Position numbers and translations under genes: made by a program
From: a virus
Lineage: Duplodnaviria; Caudoviricetes
IMG/VR virus record: IMGVR_UViG_3300011334_000144
Location: 1 to 41,464 of that record
Strand: one strand, 5' to 3'
DNA length: 41,464 nucleotides
Shown here: positions 1 to 8,873 of the stretch, in pieces
Numbering within the stretch: position 1 is the first letter of the stretch
Layout: every line of letters begins with the position of its first letter
The notes under the pieces: generated by a model
Seen by the model: only the letters and a program-made list of their open reading frames with translations
Told to the model about the DNA's origin: nothing
Database searches by the model: none

Positions 1-833
1 ACACCCTGCAGACTAATAGAGTTTCTACAATGAATACTCTAATTGATAGATTCAATAAGTATGGCCTATCAACTCTTGCTAATAAGATTAAAGAGCTTGC
101 AATTGATGGAGCGACTGAGTCTACAATTACATTGCAACTGCAAGAGACTCCAGAATATCAGCAACGATTTTCTGCTAACGCGGCACGTATCAAGCAAGGA
201 CTCCAGGTTCTAAATCCTGCTGAGTACCTTAGCCTTGAAGATGGATATCGTCAGGTGTTACGCGCTTATGGTCTAAAGGCTTTTGATACTGATGCATATG
301 TACAGCAATTTATTGCTAACGATGTATCTGCAGCAGAACTTTCTAACCGCGTAGTTACAGCAGTACAGCGTGTTCAGAATGCAGACCCTGCCGTACAGCA
401 GCAGTTACGCGATTACTATGGCATTGGTCAGCAAGACCTTGTGGCATATGTACTTGACCCACAACAGCAGTTCCAGAAGATTGAACGTCAAGTTGCAGCA
501 TCTGAAATTGGTGTAGCAGCAGGACGTCAAGGACTTAAGCCTGGCGTTGCAGTTGCAGAACAACTTGCTGCACAAGGTGTTACACAAGCAGAAGCACAGA
601 AGGGCTATGCAACTATTGCAGACATCCTTCCAACTGCTGAGAAGTTGTCTAGCATCTATGGCAAGACAATGGATACTTATGGTCAGTCAGAAGCTGAGCA
701 AGAAGTATTTAATAGTCTAGCATCTGCACAGCGTAAGCGTGAAAAACTTACTGCACGCGAACTGGCATCCTTTAGTGGTGCTGCTGGTACAAACAAAACA
801 AGTCTTACGACATCAAGCGTAGGGCAATTCTAG
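1..833 (+). CDS. 5'-truncated copy of putative internal virion protein (full copy 37160-38746)
   Basis: Translation is identical to the C-terminal part of ORF 37145..38746. Confidence 0.85.
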   Translation, partial: TLQTNRVSTMNTLIDRFNKYGLSTLANKIKELAIDGATESTITLQLQETPEYQQRFSANAARIKQGLQVLNPAEYLSLEDGYRQVLRAYGLKAFDTDAYVQQFIANDVSAAELSNRVVTAVQRVQNADPAVQQQLRDYYGIGQQDLVAYVLDPQQQFQKIERQVAASEIGVAAGRQGLKPGVAVAEQLAAQGVTQAEAQKGYATIADILPTAEKLSSIYGKTMDTYGQSEAEQEVFNSLASAQRKREKLTARELASFSGAAGTNKTSLTTSSVGQF

Positions 834-835
834 AA

Positions 836-945
836 TCCTGAACGGACCTATCGGCCCCGTCAGCGTAATAGACCGATAGTAGGAGCCAGCCAGTTTCCCC
901 GAACTGAACTGTGGCCTGCGAACTAACAACGAATAGAAGGGTGGG
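836..945 (+). ncRNA. Candidate structured RNA leader upstream of the scaffold gene
   Basis: Stems ctatcgg(848-854)/ccgatag(873-879), gcca(885-888)/tggc(912-915) and cagtt/aactg. ctgaacgg(838-845) can pair with loop ccgtcag(857-863). Both loops contain CCCC. Confidence 0.45.
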
Positions 946-950
946 TTGCT

Positions 951-1424
951 ATGAGCAACAACTACTGGGACGAAGAAGACGATGACCTCGATACCGACAA
1001 TGAGGCACAAATGGATGGCAGTGACTTACTTAAAAAGTTACGCAAAGCCAAGCGTGCTGATGAAAAGCGTATTAAGGAACTCACTGAGCAACTTGAGGGA
1101 TTTTCCAAGGCGCAGCGTGAGTCAACCGTCAAGTCAGTCTTAGAAAAGAAGGGTGTAAACCAAAAGGCAGCACGTCTAATCCTTAAGGATTTAGATGGAG
1201 ATTTCTCTGAGGAATCAGTTTCAAACTGGCTCAACGAGAACGGCGAACTATTTGGCTTAGAAGTAGCTGAGAAGCAAGATGAACAAAACCTTGCAACTCT
1301 ACGTCAACAGGACGTTATGACTCAGAAAGCATTTACACCAGACAGAGCACAGGACTTAGAGCAGCGCATGGATAATGCAGGCTCTATGGAGGAACTCCTC
1401 TCCCTGATGCAGTCACAACAATAA
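951..1424 (+). CDS. Capsid scaffolding protein (putative)
   Basis: Acidic N-terminus, coiled-coil middle (LKKLRKAKRADEKRIKEL), located immediately upstream of the capsid gene. Confidence 0.75.
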   Translation: MSNNYWDEEDDDLDTDNEAQMDGSDLLKKLRKAKRADEKRIKELTEQLEGFSKAQRESTVKSVLEKKGVNQKAARLILKDLDGDFSEESVSNWLNENGELFGLEVAEKQDEQNLATLRQQDVMTQKAFTPDRAQDLEQRMDNAGSMEELLSLMQSQQ

Positions 1425-1455
1425 TATCCGTTCATAGTCAAGGAGACTAAAAAAC

Positions 1456-2658
1456 ATGGCAAACGCATATACAGATACCTCGAGCGGTTCGTTCGGCGGT
1501 ACAGTAGGCGGCGCTGGTCTCGTACAAAAGGCATACGACCGCCTTCTCGAGTTCGCTCTCCGTTCAGAACCCCTAATTCGTTCTGTCGCAGATAAGCGCC
1601 CAGCAAAGCAAGCAATCCCAGGCTCAACAGTAGTTCTACAGAAGTACGTTGACCTAGATGCAAAGACATCAACACTAACAGAGACTGTTGACCCAGATGC
1701 AGTAGCATTGTCAACACCAACATCTGTTACAGTAACACTTAATGAGTACGGTAACGCAGTTCTAGTAACTCGCGCATTGGAACTCTTCTCACTTGCAGAC
1801 GTAGACCCAGCAATTGCTAACATGATTGCATACAACTTGGCAGATTCAATCGACCAGGTTGCAATGACAACTCTACGCTCAGGTTCAAACAACATCTACG
1901 CAGGTAACGCAACAGCGACTGCTAACGTAGATGCAGCAGATACACTGGACTCAGCAGACATTCGTCGCGCTGTAGCAAAGTTGCGTTCTAACAAGGCCAA
2001 GGGCCGTCGCGGAAACGCATACTGGACAGGTATCCACCCACAGGTTTCACACGACCTTCGTGCAGAAACAGGCGACCTCGGATGGCGCTACCCTCAGGCA
2101 CAGTCTGCTTCAGAAGCAAGCAAGATTTGGGCTGGAGAAATTGGTGAGTACGAAGGCGCATTCTTCGTAGAGTCACCACGTCTATACAATGCTAAGACTG
2201 GCGCAGACCAGACAGCACTAGCAACAACAGCAGTAACAGTTGCAGGAACATCAGCAGGATTTACATTCGGCGTTGCTTCATCATCTGTTATCGCAACTCG
2301 TGCAGAAGCAGGAGACAAGATTGCAGGAACAGGTATCGCTTCAGGTGCTAAGATTACTGCTATCTCAACATCAGGTTCAACAACAACAATCACTGTAGAT
2401 ACAGCAAATACTGCTGCAGTTACAGCAACAACAGTTGTTACAGTTACACCAGTAACTCGCGTATTCGATACAATCGTTTGCGGTTCACAGGCAATGGCAG
2501 AAGCCGTAGCTGAAGAGCCACACGTAGTTATCGGTAACGTAACTGATAAGTTGATGCGTTTCCGCCCAATGGGTTGGTACGGCGTACTTGGCTTCGCAGT
2601 GTACCGTGATGAGGCTCTATACCGCATCACATCAGGTTCATCAATCGCTGCTAACTAG
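1456..2658 (+). CDS. Major capsid protein (HK97-like fold) with a Thr/Ala-rich inserted domain
   Basis: 400 aa, strong RBS aaggag, follows the scaffold gene. Capsid-like motifs: TLNEYGNA, IHPQVSHDL, GEIGEYEG, D.L.RF...GWYG..G. Confidence 0.9.
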   Translation: MANAYTDTSSGSFGGTVGGAGLVQKAYDRLLEFALRSEPLIRSVADKRPAKQAIPGSTVVLQKYVDLDAKTSTLTETVDPDAVALSTPTSVTVTLNEYGNAVLVTRALELFSLADVDPAIANMIAYNLADSIDQVAMTTLRSGSNNIYAGNATATANVDAADTLDSADIRRAVAKLRSNKAKGRRGNAYWTGIHPQVSHDLRAETGDLGWRYPQAQSASEASKIWAGEIGEYEGAFFVESPRLYNAKTGADQTALATTAVTVAGTSAGFTFGVASSSVIATRAEAGDKIAGTGIASGAKITAISTSGSTTTITVDTANTAAVTATTVVTVTPVTRVFDTIVCGSQAMAEAVAEEPHVVIGNVTDKLMRFRPMGWYGVLGFAVYRDEALYRITSGSSIAAN

Positions 2659-2667
2659 TAGTTAATT

Positions 2668-2712
2668 GACTCTTGTGGAGAGGGGTAAAACTCTCTCCAC
2701 TTGGGTGAGTCC
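2668..2712 (+). terminator. Hairpin after the capsid gene (attenuator, processing or stabilising stem; no U-tract)
   Basis: gtggagaggg-gtaaaa-ctctctccac, with outer gactc/gagtc pairing. Confidence 0.5.
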
Positions 2713-2727
2713 ACTAAAGGAGAAGCA

Positions 2728-2997
2728 ATGACAGAATATATCTTCGAGACACCAACTGTCGATGAAGGATTTGAAGGAGTTCAGCGACTCTTTACATTCT
2801 ACAAACTAACACGTGGAATCAGTATCATTAGAGTTAATGGACAGTACCGTCAGGTCCGCTATCCATATGATGGTGACTTAGATACCTATCAAGAAGTTTA
2901 TCTTGGTGGCAGCAAGTATACTGTAGATGAGGCAACTCGAGAGAACTTAATCAACGGAGACGTTGGAGTGACAACGGATAACTTCACGGCAATATAG
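2728..2997 (+). CDS. Hypothetical protein in the structural operon
   Basis: RBS aaggag precedes ATG 2728 (MTEYIFETP...). Confidence 0.75.
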   Translation: MTEYIFETPTVDEGFEGVQRLFTFYKLTRGISIIRVNGQYRQVRYPYDGDLDTYQEVYLGGSKYTVDEATRENLINGDVGVTTDNFTAI

Positions 2998-3004
2998 GGG
3001 ACAT

Positions 3005-3451
3005 ATGGGACACGAACATGCAAGCAAAGTTCTTGAATGGGCATATAGGTTAGTCGATGGAGATATGATTCCATACGCCGCACTTTATGGGTGCGTCGGA
3101 TGTGAAGCAACATCATCTGAACCGTTCCCTGACGAGAACAATATCTTTATAGACCACACCAAGTGCGGTCCTGATTGCTTTGGCTGTAAAGCCAGAGGAC
3201 TTCAGATGAATACTGGCGATGCTAATAGTCAGAGAAATGCTCCACGTAAGCGTTTCGAAAGTGAACTATCTGCATATGCCAATGCGAAGGCACAAGGCAT
3301 TCAGCCTGGTGGAACTTCGATGGAGAAGATTCGTGAGGCAGAACGTGCCTCCGAAGTATTGAATAAGCCGTACAACGCTGAATCAATGCCAGATGCAAAG
3401 CACGTAAACAAATCAACCGCAGCGGTAATGAAAGAGATAGGACAAGTATAA
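3005..3451 (+). CDS. Hypothetical Cys/His-containing protein
   Basis: RBS agggg; CxxC motifs CVGC and CFGC. Confidence 0.75.
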   Translation: MGHEHASKVLEWAYRLVDGDMIPYAALYGCVGCEATSSEPFPDENNIFIDHTKCGPDCFGCKARGLQMNTGDANSQRNAPRKRFESELSAYANAKAQGIQPGGTSMEKIREAERASEVLNKPYNAESMPDAKHVNKSTAAVMKEIGQV

Positions 3452-3624
3452 TGTCAGCAAAAGGTGAGAAGTACAAGTCAATGGCAGCCATGAAGATGCA
3501 CGAAAAGGGCGAAGGCAAGAAGGAACGTATGATGGAATACGGACCAAAGAAAGCCGCTAAGAAGGTTGCTAAGAAGTCTGTCGCCAAGAAGATGGTTATG
3601 AAAAAGATGGGCAAGAAGAAGTAA
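3451..3624 (+). CDS. Lys-rich microprotein, 57 aa (not in ORF track)
   Basis: MSAKGEKYKS...PKKAAKKVAKKSVAKKMVMKKMGKKK*; TAATG coupling at both ends; histone-H1-like tail composition. Confidence 0.75.
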   Translation: MSAKGEKYKSMAAMKMHEKGEGKKERMMEYGPKKAAKKVAKKSVAKKMVMKKMGKKK

Positions 3625-3689
3625 TGCCAGTCCGTAAGCCAGGTAAGTGCCGTAAGTGTGGCAAGTCAGTTAAAGCGTGTAAGTGCTGA
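3624..3689 (+). CDS. 21-aa Cys/Lys micropeptide (not in ORF track)
   Basis: MPVRKPGKCRKCGKSVKACKC*; exactly fills the gap, with TAATG and TGATG overlaps. Confidence 0.6.
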   Translation: MPVRKPGKCRKCGKSVKACKC

Positions 3690-3910
3690 TGGCCTCACCA
3701 AAGCCAAAAGCTTCTCCTAGCCCACAGGCTACCAAGAAGTCTCAAGTTGTTGTAACTACTGGACAGGGTTCAACAATCCGTATGGGTGACCTAGGAAAGA
3801 AATCTCCTACACCTACAGCGCCAGCAAGAATTGGCGTAATGAAAGATTATACACCAGCAGAGTATGATGCATTGCTAAAAAAGTGGCTGAAAGATAATAG
3901 GAACCGATGA
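3689..3910 (+). CDS. Basic microprotein
   Basis: Start by TGATG coupling (MASPKPKASP...). Confidence 0.7.
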   Translation: MASPKPKASPSPQATKKSQVVVTTGQGSTIRMGDLGKKSPTPTAPARIGVMKDYTPAEYDALLKKWLKDNRNR

Positions 3911-4092
3911 AGAATAAAGTTCAGAAAGTTATGGGCGAGTTTAAGCGTGGGACTCTACATGCAGGGGTAAATCCTAAGGGTTCTAAGAAGGCGCCTATTG
4001 TTAAATCTCGTAAGCAAGCTATTGCAATTGCTCTGTCTGAGGCAGGCAAGTCAAAGCCAAAAAAGACTGTTAAGAAAGCGAAGAAAAAGTAA
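3907..4092 (+). CDS. Basic microprotein, DUF6496-like
   Basis: KVMGEFKRGTLH...SRKQAIAIALSEA motif recalled from DUF6496; ATGA overlap. Confidence 0.7.
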   Translation: MKNKVQKVMGEFKRGTLHAGVNPKGSKKAPIVKSRKQAIAIALSEAGKSKPKKTVKKAKKK

Positions 4093-4367
4093 TGGACCCA
4101 AGACTAAAGCGAGCAGGAGTATCAGGCTTTAACAAGCCTAAGCGTACACCAAATCACCCAAAGAAGTCACACGTTGTTGTGGCTAAAGAAGGAGACAAGG
4201 TCAAAACTATTCGCTTTGGTCAGCAGGGCGTGTCTGGTTCTCCAAAAAAAGCAGGAGAATCTGCAGCATATGCAGCACGACGCAAGTCGTTCAAGGCACG
4301 TCATGCATCCAATATTTCTAAAGGTAAAATGAGTGCAGCATACTGGGCAGATAAGGTGAAGTGGTAA
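4092..4367 (+). CDS. Basic protein, DUF6321/DUF5754-like
   Basis: KTIRFG...RRKSFKARH...SAAYWA...W motif. Confidence 0.65.
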   Translation: MDPRLKRAGVSGFNKPKRTPNHPKKSHVVVAKEGDKVKTIRFGQQGVSGSPKKAGESAAYAARRKSFKARHASNISKGKMSAAYWADKVKW

Positions 4368-4513
4368 TGAGTACAACAACAAAACACTACCTTAAAAATG
4401 GTAAAGAGTACAAAGGTGCTGTTCATAAAATGAATGGACAAATTCACACTGGTGCAAAGCATACAGCATCTAGTAAGATTGTTACCCATAAGAAGCCTAA
4501 GAAGGTAAAATAA
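4367..4513 (+). CDS. Basic His/Lys microprotein, 48 aa (not in ORF track)
   Basis: MSTTTKHYLKNGKEYKGAVHKMNGQIHTGAKHTASSKIVTHKKPKKVK*; TAATG at both ends. Confidence 0.7.
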   Translation: MSTTTKHYLKNGKEYKGAVHKMNGQIHTGAKHTASSKIVTHKKPKKVK

Positions 4514-4698
4514 TGCCAGCAAAAAAAGCAAAATCTAAAGTTAATGCTGCTGGTAACTATACTAAGCCTGGTATGCGTGCCTCATTGTTTAAGAAGATTA
4601 AAGCTGGCTCTAAGGGTGGAGACCCTGGTGAATGGTCAGCACGCAAAGCGCAATTGCTTGCTGTGGAATATAAAAAGGCAGGCGGAGGTTACAAGTAA
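4513..4698 (+). CDS. Basic microprotein, resembles the N-half of DUF5872
   Basis: WSARKAQLL..EYKKAGGGY motif. Confidence 0.65.
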   Translation: MPAKKAKSKVNAAGNYTKPGMRASLFKKIKAGSKGGDPGEWSARKAQLLAVEYKKAGGGYK

Positions 4699-4934
4699 TG
4701 GCACTTGCTAAATCTCAAAAGTCCCTCAAGAAGTGGACTAAAGAAAAGTGGAAGACCTCAGATGGTACACCATCAAAGGGTAAGAAAAGATATTTGCCTG
4801 AGAAGGCATGGGCTGCATTAAGCCCAGCAGAAAAAGCTGCTACTAATAAGGCTAAAGCCTCTGGCAATGCCAAGGGTAAGCAGTTTGTGAAACAACCAAA
4901 GTCAATAGCAAAGAAGGCAGCGAGGTTTAGATAA
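4698..4934 (+). CDS. Basic microprotein, resembles the C-half of DUF5872
   Basis: SLKKWTKEKW...RYLP motif. Confidence 0.65.
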   Translation: MALAKSQKSLKKWTKEKWKTSDGTPSKGKKRYLPEKAWAALSPAEKAATNKAKASGNAKGKQFVKQPKSIAKKAARFR

Positions 4935-5200
4935 TGGCAGGTACAGCAGGCAGTACATTCGCTGACGAACTCAATCGTCTAGCCAATGGCGGAACCTATC
5001 CAGCACCTTCAGCATATAAGTCTGAGCAAGGTGCAGCAAATGCCTATGCGTCAACTAGCGGACTAGGTATTATTGCTGCATTAAACATTAAGGCTAGCGC
5101 TTCGCGCCAACCTAATGACTACAAGATGCTCAATGCAATCTGTAATGAACTAGCAGGAACCTCTGGATTATCAGCCGTCGACGCATTGAGGACTATCTAA
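4934..5200 (+). CDS. Hypothetical virion protein
   Basis: Ala/Gly-rich with an internal repeat (ELNRLANG / ICNELAG); TAATG coupled. Confidence 0.7.
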   Translation: MAGTAGSTFADELNRLANGGTYPAPSAYKSEQGAANAYASTSGLGIIAALNIKASASRQPNDYKMLNAICNELAGTSGLSAVDALRTI

Positions 5201-6117
5201 TGACAACACTAGGACAGATGATTGATGAAGTTCTCATCAACCTTTCAGGTTATACTTACCAACAGGACCGCTCTACCTATCTTAGAAGCGCAGTCAGTAC
5301 ACTAACTTCACCAAGTACTGCACCTACAATCCTATCTCTTGGTGACACAAGTAACGTTGGTAAAGGCGTGCTTGAAGTTGATGAAGAACTTATGTGGATT
5401 GACTCATTCGACCGTGTTGCAAATACAGCAACAGTTTCACCGTATGGACGAGGATATCTTGGAACTGTAGCAGCAACTCACGCTGCTGATGCTAAAGTTA
5501 CCATCTCGCCTATCTTTCCTCGCTATGTAATTAAGAAGGCAATCAACGATACTATCCGAGCAATGGGTGCAAACTTATTGGCTATCAAACAAACAACCTT
5601 CTCCTTCAATGCAGCAGTCAATACATATGAGTTTGAAAATCTTAATATTGAGAATATCCTCACTATGTCATGGCAAGATACAGGCCCTTCTAAGGAATGG
5701 ATTCGTATTAAGCGTTGGGACTTTGACCCACTAGCAGATGTTGACACATGGGGTTCAGGCTCACAGACTGTAACTATCTACGACTGGATTACACCAGGAC
5801 GCACAGTTAAAGTGATGTATGCCACACCACCTACACCATTACAAAACAATACCGATGTCTTCACAACTACTACAGGGTATCCTGAGTCAGCAAGAGACAT
5901 TGTGATTCTAGGTACATCATATAGACTATTGGCTTATCTTGACCCTGCACGTGCTGGTCAAATCAGCCCACAGGCGGACGAAACAGATGGCAAGCGCCCT
6001 TACGGTGCAAGCGCATCAGCAACAAAGCAACTCTTTGCTCTTTATTCACAACGTTTAAACGAAGAAGTAGCAACACAACAAAACGCCTACCCGCCACGAA
6101 TTCATTATACTCGATAG
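5200..6117 (+). CDS. Putative head-tail adaptor / tail tubular protein A-like
   Basis: 305 aa, precedes the fibre gene; helical termini around a beta-rich middle. Function inferred from position. Confidence 0.55.
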   Translation: MTTLGQMIDEVLINLSGYTYQQDRSTYLRSAVSTLTSPSTAPTILSLGDTSNVGKGVLEVDEELMWIDSFDRVANTATVSPYGRGYLGTVAATHAADAKVTISPIFPRYVIKKAINDTIRAMGANLLAIKQTTFSFNAAVNTYEFENLNIENILTMSWQDTGPSKEWIRIKRWDFDPLADVDTWGSGSQTVTIYDWITPGRTVKVMYATPPTPLQNNTDVFTTTTGYPESARDIVILGTSYRLLAYLDPARAGQISPQADETDGKRPYGASASATKQLFALYSQRLNEEVATQQNAYPPRIHYTR

Positions 6118-6125
6118 GAATATAA

Positions 6126-7856
6126 ATGACAACACGCAACTACTCCTCTCGCTCTCAGCAATCTACACTGACAGGTGCCGTAACATCTGGTGCTACATCA
6201 ATGGTTGTTGTATCAGGAACCTCGCTCCTTGGTGGCGTGACCATCCCTGCGGGTACAACCTTTACAATCGTTATTGACCCAGATACAGCTCTTGAAGAAA
6301 TTGTAGATGCCACGGCGGTATCAACTAATACCTTTACAATTACCCGTGCCATTGATGGTTCCTCAGCACAGGCACACTCTGCTGGTGCAGTAGTTCGCCA
6401 CATGGCTATTGGTCGTGACTACCGCGAAGCAAATGCTCACGTAGAGGCTTCTACAGGGGTACACGGCATCTCAAATTCTTCTTCTGTAGTCGGAACTATC
6501 GACACACAGACATTGACTAATAAGACCCTCACAAGCCCTACAATCACTAATCCTACTATCTCGGGTACTAATGTAGATGCAAGTATTGTCTTTGAGGGTG
6601 CAACACCTGATGCCTTTGAAACTACCCTGACAGTAGTCGACCCTACACAGGATAATACAATTACAATGCCTAATACAACAGGCACAGTGGTACTTGCTAC
6701 GGCAGTACAGACTCTTACAAACAAGACACTAGGCGGAAACCTTAACGCTGGTGGATATACTGTTACTAATCTTGCAACACCAGTAAATGCTAGTGATGCA
6801 GTACGCAAAGACTTTGCAGATGCTCAAGTAGCAGCAGCAGCTACTAGTGCTACATCGGCTGCTACTTCAGCTACCTCAGCGGCTGCTTCTGCAACAACTG
6901 CTGCTAACTCGGTTGCTACTATTGCAGGCTATGCAACTTCTTCTGCTAATTCTGCTACCGCTGCAGCAACATCTGCAACTAGTGCAGCAGCGTCAGCAAC
7001 AGCGGCTGCAACGAGTGCTACGAGTGCAGCGGCAAGTGCAGTATCTGCAGCAACATCTTCTACTGCGGCTGCAACGAGTGCCACCTCAGCAGCAGCAAGC
7101 GCAACTTCAGCGGCTACAAGTGCAACCTCGGCTTCGGCTTCGGCTACAGCAGCAGCAACTAGTGCAACCAGTGCTGCAGCAAGTGCTACTGCTTCTGCTA
7201 ATAGCGCAACGGCGTCTGCTACTTCAGCTACAGCATCTGCTACATCAGCGAGCGCAGCAGCAACTAGCGCATCGTCTGCTGCTACATCAGCATCATCTGC
7301 AGCAACTTCTGCAACATCAGCAGAGAATGCTTGGGACCAATTTGATGACCGCTATCTAGGACCAAAATCCACTGCACCAACTCTTGACAATGATGGAAAT
7401 CCATTAACAAGTGGTGTAATTTATTGGAATACTACTGATGGCAATATGTATGCATACAATGGTTCAGGCTGGATAGTCTTTACTTCATCAGGCGATATAA
7501 CAGCAGTTACTGCTGGAACAGGATTATCAGGCGGAGGAACATCAGGTGCTGTAACAGTATCTCTTGATACATCTAGTGTATATGTTGTGCCAGCACAGGC
7601 TACCCACTCAGGTAAGTACCTAACCACAAATGGTTCTTCTGCATCTTGGGGAACAGTTGCTACTTATTCTGCCCCGACATTAGGTTCAACATCTATTGCT
7701 TCTGGAGCCACAGTAACAACAATCGCTGGTCTAACTTTAACAGCACCAACATTAACTGGAACAGTCACTGCATCAGGTGATATAAATCTATCTGCGGCAA
7801 ACGGACCAGGAAGTTTAATTGACGAACTAACGCTCATTTTAATGGGCGCCCTCTAA
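6126..7856 (+). CDS. Tail fibre protein with a Ser/Ala/Thr repeat stalk
   Basis: N-terminal attachment-type domain, TQTLTNKTL motifs, SATAAAT repeats, FDDRYLG and GDITAVTAGTGLSGGG fibre motifs. Confidence 0.85.
   Translation: MTTRNYSSRSQQSTLTGAVTSGATSMVVVSGTSLLGGVTIPAGTTFTIVIDPDTALEEIVDATAVSTNTFTITRAIDGSSAQAHSAGAVVRHMAIGRDYREANAHVEASTGVHGISNSSSVVGTIDTQTLTNKTLTSPTITNPTISGTNVDASIVFEGATPDAFETTLTVVDPTQDNTITMPNTTGTVVLATAVQTLTNKTLGGNLNAGGYTVTNLATPVNASDAVRKDFADAQVAAAATSATSAATSATSAAASATTAANSVATIAGYATSSANSATAAATSATSAAASATAAATSATSAAASAVSAATSSTAAATSATSAAASATSAATSATSASASATAAATSATSAAASATASANSATASATSATASATSASAAATSASSAATSASSAATSATSAENAWDQFDDRYLGPKSTAPTLDNDGNPLTSGVIYWNTTDGNMYAYNGSGWIVFTSSGDITAVTAGTGLSGGGTSGAVTVSLDTSSVYVVPAQATHSGKYLTTNGSSASWGTVATYSAPTLGSTSIASGATVTTIAGLTLTAPTLTGTVTASGDINLSAANGPGSLIDELTLILMGAL
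6829..7325 (+). repeat. Coding heptad repeat (SATxAAT/SATSAAA) in the tail fibre
   Basis: About 165 residues almost entirely A/S/T with 7-aa periodicity; codons are diversified. Confidence 0.9.
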
Positions 7857-7873
7857 ACGAAAGGTAGTAACTA

Positions 7874-8179
7874 ATGGCTACAACAACTAAAGCGTTGTTC
7901 CGTGGAGCAGCAACAACTACAGTAGGAACAACTTTATATACCGTTCCTTCTGCTACAACTACAGTATTAACTAATATTGCAGTTACTAATACAGCAGCAT
8001 CTGCAGGAACATTTACTGTGGCGTTAAATGGAACAGCGTTACATACAACTGCAGCAATTGCTGCTAACACAACTGTGTATATTGATTGCAAGCAAGTACT
8101 TGCTGCAACAAATACAATTACTGGCGGAGCATCTGCCACAACAATTAACTTTCATATCAGTGGAGTGGAGATAGCGTAA
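7874..8179 (+). CDS. Small tail-fibre-associated beta protein
   Basis: TLYTVPSATTTV...ISGVEI pattern typical of fibre-adjacent genes. Confidence 0.7.
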   Translation: MATTTKALFRGAATTTVGTTLYTVPSATTTVLTNIAVTNTAASAGTFTVALNGTALHTTAAIAANTTVYIDCKQVLAATNTITGGASATTINFHISGVEIA

Positions 8180-8652
8180 TGGGTATTGCAACATTTCCTG
8201 CGCCTAGCGCAGCAAGCAAAACAATGTATCGCACAACACTAACATCTGGTACTTCTTACACAGTTCCTGCTGGTGTTACATACTTAAACGTAACTCTTAT
8301 TGGCGGTGGTGGCGGTGGAACTAACTCTAATACTTCTTCTGTAACAGGAAGGTTTGGACTTCCAGGACAAGTTGTATCTTCTACTTTATCAGTGACTGCT
8401 GGAGCAAGCATTACTTATGCAATAGGTGCTGGTGGTGCTGGTGGCGCAGAAGGAGGTGCTGCTGGTGGAACTGGTGGCAATACAACTTTTACAGGAGCAA
8501 CAACAGCAACAGGAGGAAATGGCGCTGCATATGGTTCTGCTTCTGGAGCAGGTTTGGCAGGCACTACAGCAAACAATGGCGGTGCTGCTAATAATTATTT
8601 TGCAGCAGGTGCTGGTGGAGCAGGTAAAATTGATATTGAATACTGGGCATAG
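8179..8652 (+). CDS. Glycine-rich tail/receptor-binding protein
   Basis: YTVPAGVT..NV..IGGGGGG and GAGGAGG repeats. Confidence 0.75.
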   Translation: MGIATFPAPSAASKTMYRTTLTSGTSYTVPAGVTYLNVTLIGGGGGGTNSNTSSVTGRFGLPGQVVSSTLSVTAGASITYAIGAGGAGGAEGGAAGGTGGNTTFTGATTATGGNGAAYGSASGAGLAGTTANNGGAANNYFAAGAGGAGKIDIEYWA

Positions 8653-8661
8653 GAGATAACA

Positions 8662-8847
8662 ATGGAAAAATTATTTGCAGTTATTGAAAACAACAAGGTA
8701 GTCAACATTGTTGTTGGCGTAGAAGATGAAGTAGTTGCTGCTAATCCTGGCAAGTATATTGAATACACAAATGGTTGGGATTACAATAACGGTATTGACG
8801 GTGGACCATACTTCCCAATTCCAGTTGTAGAAGTTCCAACGGAATAA
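8662..8847 (+). CDS. Small tail-fibre accessory protein
   Basis: FAVIENNKVVNIVV motif; RBS aggag. Confidence 0.7.
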   Translation: MEKLFAVIENNKVVNIVVGVEDEVVAANPGKYIEYTNGWDYNNGIDGGPYFPIPVVEVPTE

Positions 8848-8873
8848 ACCGCTAACAATCATAAGGGGACACA

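Larger units (their letters stand above)
1..3551. repeat. Terminal direct repeat, copy 1 (matches 37914-41464); likely circular/permuted assembly overlap
   Basis: The opening acaccctgcagact recurs at 37914. The ORFs recur with identical translations at offset 37,913 (e.g. 951->38864, 1456->39369). The window ends at the equivalent of position 3551. Confidence 0.97.

Noticed and set aside
1322-2630. Long minus-strand ORFs opposite the capsid gene, and similar antisense ORFs elsewhere
   Set aside because: Antisense shadows of biased codon usage, with no motifs or RBS support.
2656-2712. Capsid stop read-through or T7-10B-like extension stimulated by the downstream hairpin
   Set aside because: Tandem TAG TAG stops and no evident slippery heptamer.
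6847-7359. 170-aa Leu/Gln-rich ORF
   Set aside because: Off-frame shadow of the Ala/Ser/Thr repeat in the tail fibre gene.
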